A stretch of 64,000 nt of DNA, from assembly GCA_963664705.1 (NCBI GenBank), contig OY761556.1, positions 1,440,001 to 1,504,000 on the forward strand, read 5' to 3'. The notes under the pieces are model-generated. The model saw only the letters and a list, made by a program, of their open reading frames with translations, did not search any database and was not told where the DNA came from. Source of the stretch: Acidobacteriota bacterium. Its GTDB lineage: Bacteria; Acidobacteriota; UBA6911. Positions within the stretch are counted from its first letter, which is position 1. Every line of letters begins with the position of its first letter. Shown here piece by piece: positions 58,798-64,000 of the stretch. Position numbers and translations under genes: made by a program.

Positions 58798-59529
58798 ATG
58801 GATAACGGGGAACTGCAGGCCTCGTCGTTAAGCAAATCCTATCGCGGAAGAAAGGTTGTTAACGACGTCAGCCTGGAGCTGCGGCGCGGGGAGGTTGTTG
58901 GGCTGCTGGGGCCGAATGGAGCGGGAAAGACCACAACTTTTTACATGATTGTGGGCCTGATCTCGCCGGATGGCGGCCAGGTGCAGCTCGGTGGGGAGGA
59001 TATTACCCGAACGCCGATGTATCGGCGGGCCCGGGCCGGAATCAGCTATCTGCCTCAGGAGCCTTCGGTATTTCGCAAGCTTACGGTTCTTGAAAATCTT
59101 CTGAGCATTGCGGAAACGCTCAATCTTCCCTCGGAGAAGCGTTACCAGCTGGTTGCGGAACTGCTGAAGGAGTTCGGCATTGAACCGCTGCAAAATCAAG
59201 GTGCATATACGCTTTCAGGTGGCGAGCGACGGCGTTTGGAGATTGCGCGAGCCCTGGTGCTGACCCCGAGGTTTATTTTGCTGGACGAGCCGTTTGCCGG
59301 AATTGACCCGCTGGCGGTTCTGGATATCCAAAGAATTATCCGCGGTTTGAAGCAACGGGGGATCGGCGTGCTGATTACCGATCATAACGTGCGGGAAACT
59401 TTGAATATAACGGACCGTGCTTATATAATAAGCGAGGGCAAAATTTTACGTGAAGGAACGCCGGAACAGCTGACAAATGACGATGAGGTAAAGAAGGTAT
59501 ATCTTGGCGAGAATTTCAGGCTGGGATAA
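58798..59529 (+). CDS. lptB: LPS export ABC transporter ATP-binding protein
   Basis: [43 protein letters not shown]. Confidence 0.96.
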   Translation: MDNGELQASSLSKSYRGRKVVNDVSLELRRGEVVGLLGPNGAGKTTTFYMIVGLISPDGGQVQLGGEDITRTPMYRRARAGISYLPQEPSVFRKLTVLENLLSIAETLNLPSEKRYQLVAELLKEFGIEPLQNQGAYTLSGGERRRLEIARALVLTPRFILLDEPFAGIDPLAVLDIQRIIRGLKQRGIGVLITDHNVRETLNITDRAYIISEGKILREGTPEQLTNDDEVKKVYLGENFRLG

Positions 59530-59560
59530 ACGGGAAAGCGCGGATTAGACAGATATAACG

Positions 59561-61015
59561 ATGAATCGCAGACAATATCTTCGGCAGACTCTGGATTTAA
59601 GGCTGAGCCAGCGGCTTGCCCTGACCCCATCCCTGCTTCAAAAAATTGAACTTCTACAGCTCAACAAGCTAGAGCTGCAGGAAATGCTCAATCAGGAATT
59701 GGTGGAAAATCCGATCCTGGAGGAAGTTCCCGAGCAGGAGACGCCCGCGGAAATAGCGCTCGATGCCGGTGTGGCCGAAGAGCCGCCAGTGCCGGAAACA
59801 CCGCTCGCGAACGGGGAAAAAGACTCCTTTGACGAGATCGATTTTAAATACTTCTTCGATGAATACCTGGATACCGGGTACCGGAACCGCGAAGTTGAGG
59901 ATTCCGAAAAGCCTTCCTTTGAAGCATTTCTCACCAGATCCCCCTCGCTGGAAGAGCATCTGAACTGGCAGTTAGGTCTTTCGGATGCCAGCCCCAGAAT
60001 CGCCGAGATTGCCAACCAGATCATCGGAAACCTTAACGAAGATGGATACCTGCTGATCGGCATGGAGGAATTATGCCAGGTTTGTGGCTGCACGCTCGAA
60101 GAGGCCGGAGAGGCCCTGGCGGTGGTGCAGGCCATGGATCCGATTGGTGTGGCGGCCCGCGATTTGCGCGAATGTCTTTGCCTCCAGTTGGACAGCATTG
60201 ATCTGAAAGGCAGTCTCGCCTACCAGATCGTTCAGGAACATCTGCCCCTGTTGGAGAGCCACAAATTCAAGGAGATTGCAGGGCGCACCGGAGCTACTTT
60301 TGAAGACGTTCTGCAGGCCGTGGACTGCATCAAGCATCTGATTCCGAAACCGGGACAGAAATATAACAACCAGAACGCAACCTATGTGCAGCCTGAAGTC
60401 ACGATCTCGAAGGTGGACGACGAGTACGTGATTCTCCTCAACGACGAAGGGATGCCGCAATTGCGGCTGAATGCCAGCTACAAGGAATTGCTGAAAAGCA
60501 ATGGAGTCAGCGGCGAAACCAAGACCTTTCTGCGGGAGAAGTTCCGTTCAGCGGTTGATCTCCTGAGAAGCGTGAACCAGCGAAAACAGACAATCTACAA
60601 AGTCTGCGTCTGCATCGTAAACAGACAGAGGGATTTCCTCGAAAATGGTCCCTCTCATCTGCATCCAATGCTGATCAAGGATGTGGCCAGTGAACTCGGG
60701 GTCCACAGTTCCACAATCAGCAGAGTTGTCACTAACAAATACGTCGATACTCCGCAAGGGGTCATGGAGCTGAGAAAATTCTTCACCATGGGCGTTGAAA
60801 ACCCGGATGGCGGGGAACTCTCCATTGTTCAGGTCAAACTCAAGATCAAGAAACTGATTGAGGAAGAGAACAGGAGCAAGCCTTACTCGGACAACCAACT
60901 CGGGCAGTTACTGCGCCGTGACAACATTTTCATCACTCGGCGCACGGTGGCCAAATATCGCGAACAGATGCAGATTCCCGGGTCGCGCGAGCGAAAGATA
61001 GGATATCTCTTCTGA
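59561..61015 (+). CDS. rpoN: RNA polymerase sigma-54 factor
   Basis: L/Q-rich region I, HSSTISR HTH, RpoN box RRTVAKYRE. Confidence 0.96.
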   Translation: MNRRQYLRQTLDLRLSQRLALTPSLLQKIELLQLNKLELQEMLNQELVENPILEEVPEQETPAEIALDAGVAEEPPVPETPLANGEKDSFDEIDFKYFFDEYLDTGYRNREVEDSEKPSFEAFLTRSPSLEEHLNWQLGLSDASPRIAEIANQIIGNLNEDGYLLIGMEELCQVCGCTLEEAGEALAVVQAMDPIGVAARDLRECLCLQLDSIDLKGSLAYQIVQEHLPLLESHKFKEIAGRTGATFEDVLQAVDCIKHLIPKPGQKYNNQNATYVQPEVTISKVDDEYVILLNDEGMPQLRLNASYKELLKSNGVSGETKTFLREKFRSAVDLLRSVNQRKQTIYKVCVCIVNRQRDFLENGPSHLHPMLIKDVASELGVHSSTISRVVTNKYVDTPQGVMELRKFFTMGVENPDGGELSIVQVKLKIKKLIEEENRSKPYSDNQLGQLLRRDNIFITRRTVAKYREQMQIPGSRERKIGYLF

Positions 61016-61092
61016 TCCGCGGGACTGGCGTCCGCGCACCGCGTCGAATTGCGAGAGCAGTTTGAATAATCTACCTGGAAGGGAAACTCACC

Positions 61093-61632
61093 ATGAATGT
61101 GGAAATAACCGGCAGACATGTTCTGATTACGCCTGCAATCCGCACCTATGTACTGAAAAAACTCCGTAAATTCGTCAAGATCCTGGGAGACGACATCAGT
61201 TTCCATGTGATTATTGACGTCGCAAAGGAGCGTCAAACCGCGGAAATTCTATTGAAGCACAAGCTTCTGGATCTGACGGGCAAAGGTGAGTCTGATGATA
61301 TGTACAACTCGATCGTGCGTGCGATCGAGAAACTCGAGCGTCAAGCTCTCAAACACAAGAGCAAGATCATCGAGGGAAAACGACAGAGGGCAAAAGCGAA
61401 ATCGGTGGCTACAAAGCTCGGCACTGGCGAGCGCACGGCCAGGACGCTTGCCCGCAAGACCGACGGGATTCGAGTAGAAGAAGCCCAAAGAAAGCCGATG
61501 GAGGTTGAAGAAGCCGTCGTCGAACTCAACCATTCGGAATACCCGTTCGTGGTATTCCGAAATGCGGATTCCGGTGCGGTGAACGTTGTCTACCGCCGGA
61601 AAGATGGAACGGTCGGGCTTATCCGCGCCTGA
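61093..61632 (+). CDS. hpf: Ribosome hibernation promoting factor (long HPF/RaiA)
   Basis: ITGRH, DMYNSI…KLERQ, C-terminal KPMEVEEA…NVVYRRKDG. Confidence 0.93.
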   Translation: MNVEITGRHVLITPAIRTYVLKKLRKFVKILGDDISFHVIIDVAKERQTAEILLKHKLLDLTGKGESDDMYNSIVRAIEKLERQALKHKSKIIEGKRQRAKAKSVATKLGTGERTARTLARKTDGIRVEEAQRKPMEVEEAVVELNHSEYPFVVFRNADSGAVNVVYRRKDGTVGLIRA

Positions 61633-61644
61633 TCCTGACGCCGA

Positions 61645-62607
61645 ATGGTAAGAGATTCTTTGCAGAAAAAGAATGAAGCGCTTCCGGATAGCGAGCGACT
61701 GCAGATAGAAGAGGTAACGATCCGGGAGTTTTCGACAACGCCGGCCCTCGGTCTGGAACTGGAGGTTCTGCAAGACCGGGGGCTGGATAATAAGATCGGG
61801 TCTGCCCGCATCCAGAAGCTGGGAATGGGGCTGGCCGGGTTCTCCGGGTATATTCATCCCAATCGCATTCAGGTCTTCGGCAGCAGCGAATTGAACTATT
61901 TGCGGGACCTGGACCCGGAGGCGCGATCGGCGGCCGTGCAGCGGCTGGGAAAATATAAAATCTGCTGCATCCTGGTTACCAAGGGGCTTGAAGTTACCGG
62001 TGAACTGCTGAAGCTTGCGGCGGAAAACAGCATCCCGGTGCTGCGGAGCCGAGTAGTCAGCTCCGTGGCCATGGAAAAGATTGTTGCCTACCTCGAGGTT
62101 CGGCTGGCTCCAAGGATGACCATCCATGGAGTGCTGCTCGAGATCTTTGGCTTGGGCGTTCTCATCCTGGGGCCCTCCGGCATTGGGAAGAGCGAATGCG
62201 CCCTGGAACTGATCCTCAAAGGGCATCGCCTGATTACTGACGATGCCGTCGATATCACGAGGATCGGAATTGATCGCCTGTCCGGTTCCGGCGGGGACAT
62301 ACTGAAGCATCACATGGAATTGCGCGGGCTCGGAATCATCAACATCCGGGAACTCCTCGGGATTTCCGCCACCGGCGCATCGCAGAATATTGATTTTGCC
62401 GTGCGGCTGGAGCGTTGGAAATCCGATGCGGAATACGACCGGCTGGGACTGGATCAGTCCAGCCTCGAATTGCTGGGCGTCTCCATCCCCGTAATCGATA
62501 TGCCGGTAGCACCGGGAAGGAATATGGCGACATTGGTTGAAGTGGCGGCGCGGATTCATCTTCTGCGGCAGCGCGGTTACCGCCCCTTTGAAGAGCCGAG
62601 TCAATAA
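61645..62607 (+). CDS. hprK: HPr(Ser) kinase/phosphorylase
   Basis: HGVL, GPSGIGKSECAL, LITDD, ELRGLGII, PGRN. Confidence 0.95.
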   Translation: MVRDSLQKKNEALPDSERLQIEEVTIREFSTTPALGLELEVLQDRGLDNKIGSARIQKLGMGLAGFSGYIHPNRIQVFGSSELNYLRDLDPEARSAAVQRLGKYKICCILVTKGLEVTGELLKLAAENSIPVLRSRVVSSVAMEKIVAYLEVRLAPRMTIHGVLLEIFGLGVLILGPSGIGKSECALELILKGHRLITDDAVDITRIGIDRLSGSGGDILKHHMELRGLGIINIRELLGISATGASQNIDFAVRLERWKSDAEYDRLGLDQSSLELLGVSIPVIDMPVAPGRNMATLVEVAARIHLLRQRGYRPFEEPSQ

Positions 62608-62610
62608 TGA

Positions 62611-62664
62611 TTTCGTCATTCGTCATTCGTAATTCGTCATTCGTAATTCGTAATTCGTAATTTG
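62611..62664. repeat. TTCGT(C/A)A heptamer array (reverse of ACGAAT family) filling the hprK-rapZ gap
   Basis: About 7 units ending 2 bp before the rapZ ATG. Confidence 0.9.
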
Positions 62665-62666
62665 AT

Positions 62667-63527
62667 ATGGGACTCCGAGATCTGGTCGTTCTAACAGGGA
62701 TGAGCGGTTCCGGCAAAGGGACGGTTTTAAGGACCTTTGAGGATCTTGGTTTCTTCTGCATTGACAATCTTCCGGTGCCGCTGATTCCGAATCTGGTGGA
62801 AGGGATTCATGTATCGGGCGGCGACATCAAGCACGCAGCCCTGGTCATCGATATTCGCGCGGGGGAGCGGCTGCAGGGGCTGGACCGCTTGATCGGCGAT
62901 CTCCGGAACAACTCTTTCCGCCTGTTTGTCCTCTATCTCGAAGCGAGGGATGATGTCCTTGTCCGTCGATTCAGCGAGACGCGCCGGCCGCATCCGTTGT
63001 GTGCCGGGCAGCGGTCGTTGCGTGAAGCCATTCAGATGGAACGCCGGCGGTTGCGCAAACTTCGGGATCTGGCGGATCACATCATCGATACATCCGATAC
63101 CACGGTGCACCAGGTCCGTTCGCTGATCATGGAACGGTTCCGGAAGCGTCCGCACTCCGAGGAACTGAACGTCAATCTGCTGAGCTTCGGCTATAAAAAA
63201 GGGATCCCGCTCGAAGCCGACCTGCTTTTTGATGCGCGCTTCCTGCCTAACCCGTTTTTTGTGCCTCGCATCAAGGCGATGAGCGGCCTGGACCGGGGAG
63301 TGATCCGGTATCTGCGCTCATTTCCGGAAACCAAGGAGTTTGTAAAACGGATCGGAGATCTTCTACAATACCTGCTGCCGAACTACCTGCGGGAAGGGAA
63401 GAGCTACCTGACCGTGGCGGTTGGGTGTACCGGAGGCCGGCACCGTTCCGTTTTTGTAGTCGAAGAGCTGGCAAAATTTCTGAAGGACAGAAAGCGCACC
63501 ATTCATGTGCGTCACCGGGATCTATAA
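62667..63527 (+). CDS. rapZ: RNase adapter / P-loop protein RapZ (YvcJ family)
   Basis: TGMSGSGK, FCIDNLP, RRFSETRRPHP, RFLPNP, GCTGGRHRSV. Confidence 0.95.
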   Translation: MGLRDLVVLTGMSGSGKGTVLRTFEDLGFFCIDNLPVPLIPNLVEGIHVSGGDIKHAALVIDIRAGERLQGLDRLIGDLRNNSFRLFVLYLEARDDVLVRRFSETRRPHPLCAGQRSLREAIQMERRRLRKLRDLADHIIDTSDTTVHQVRSLIMERFRKRPHSEELNVNLLSFGYKKGIPLEADLLFDARFLPNPFFVPRIKAMSGLDRGVIRYLRSFPETKEFVKRIGDLLQYLLPNYLREGKSYLTVAVGCTGGRHRSVFVVEELAKFLKDRKRTIHVRHRDL

Positions 63528-63551
63528 ATTCAGAGGAGAACAAGGCGCCTT

Positions 63552-63950
63552 ATGATCGGTGCACTGGTTGTAACGCATGGGCATCTGGGCCAGGAACTCG
63601 TGGCTGCCGCGGAAATGATTGTCGGCGATATTTCGCACATCAAATCCGTGTCTATCGGATGGCACGATGATGTGAACGATGCCCATAACGATATTGAACG
63701 GCGTATTGCCGAGGTTGAGAGTGGCAGCGGCGTGCTTATCCTGACGGATATGTTCGGCGGGACCCCCTCCAACATCGCCCTGTCCTTTCACGATCCGGGG
63801 AAAGTGGATGTCCTGACCGGCGTCAACCTGCCCATGATCATTCGAATCGCAAGCCAGAAGGAAGGGGATACCCTGGATTCGCTCGCCCGCACAGTCAGGG
63901 ATCAGGGCCGGTCCAGCATTTCGATGGCCAGCGACTTTCTAACCGCATGA
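63552..63950 (+). CDS. PTS EIIA component, mannose/fructose family
   Basis: VVTHG, LTDMFGGTPSN, GVNLPM. Confidence 0.92.
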   Translation: MIGALVVTHGHLGQELVAAAEMIVGDISHIKSVSIGWHDDVNDAHNDIERRIAEVESGSGVLILTDMFGGTPSNIALSFHDPGKVDVLTGVNLPMIIRIASQKEGDTLDSLARTVRDQGRSSISMASDFLTA

Positions 63951-64000
63951 TTCGTCAATCCGTGCTGGTCTCGAACAAACTTGGTCTTCATGCGCGCGCG
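63947..64000 (+). CDS. ptsH: Phosphocarrier HPr (5' fragment)
   Basis: ATG overlapping the EIIA stop; MIRQSVLVSNKLGLHARA with the GLHAR motif. Confidence 0.88.
   Translation, partial: MIRQSVLVSNKLGLHARA

Overview
GC-rich bacterial chromosomal window, probably Acidobacteriota. That assignment is an inference from gene content and order: a multi-OstA LptC/A protein, lptB-rpoN-hpf-hprK-rapZ-EIIA-HPr, TPR and beta-propeller secreted proteins, and a MARGWESKS small protein. Ordinary content includes an MdtABC-type RND efflux operon, ADP-forming acyl-CoA synthetase, RelA, FolD, prolyl oligopeptidase, EF-P, bacterioferritin, a protealysin-like protease, a SWIM-SNF2 helicase, LipA, NfeD/SPFH, Lnt and a frameshifted prfB. 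The unusual signal is non-coding. (1) A Y1/HUH transposase (RAYT/IS200-like, missed by the ORF track) at the left edge sits next to a GTAG-type REP family that recurs at 18.3-18.7 kb and 30.4-32.2 kb. (2) A complete IS1111-type IS110 element is inserted precisely at GTAG|CC of one REP. It has 15-bp subterminal inverted repeats, a promoter that forms only at the circle junction, and a downstream structured RNA whose loops carry sequences matching both the REP target and the element's own junction (bridge/seekRNA). (3) Several families of 7-9-nt tandem arrays (AACGTCC, ACGAATT, TTTCAGA, CAGGAGR and others) occur as oriented inverted pairs. They enclose spacers of about 8-860 bp, sometimes whole genes, and repeatedly supply the stop codon of the neighbouring gene. 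All calls come from reading the sequence; no searches or folding programs were run.
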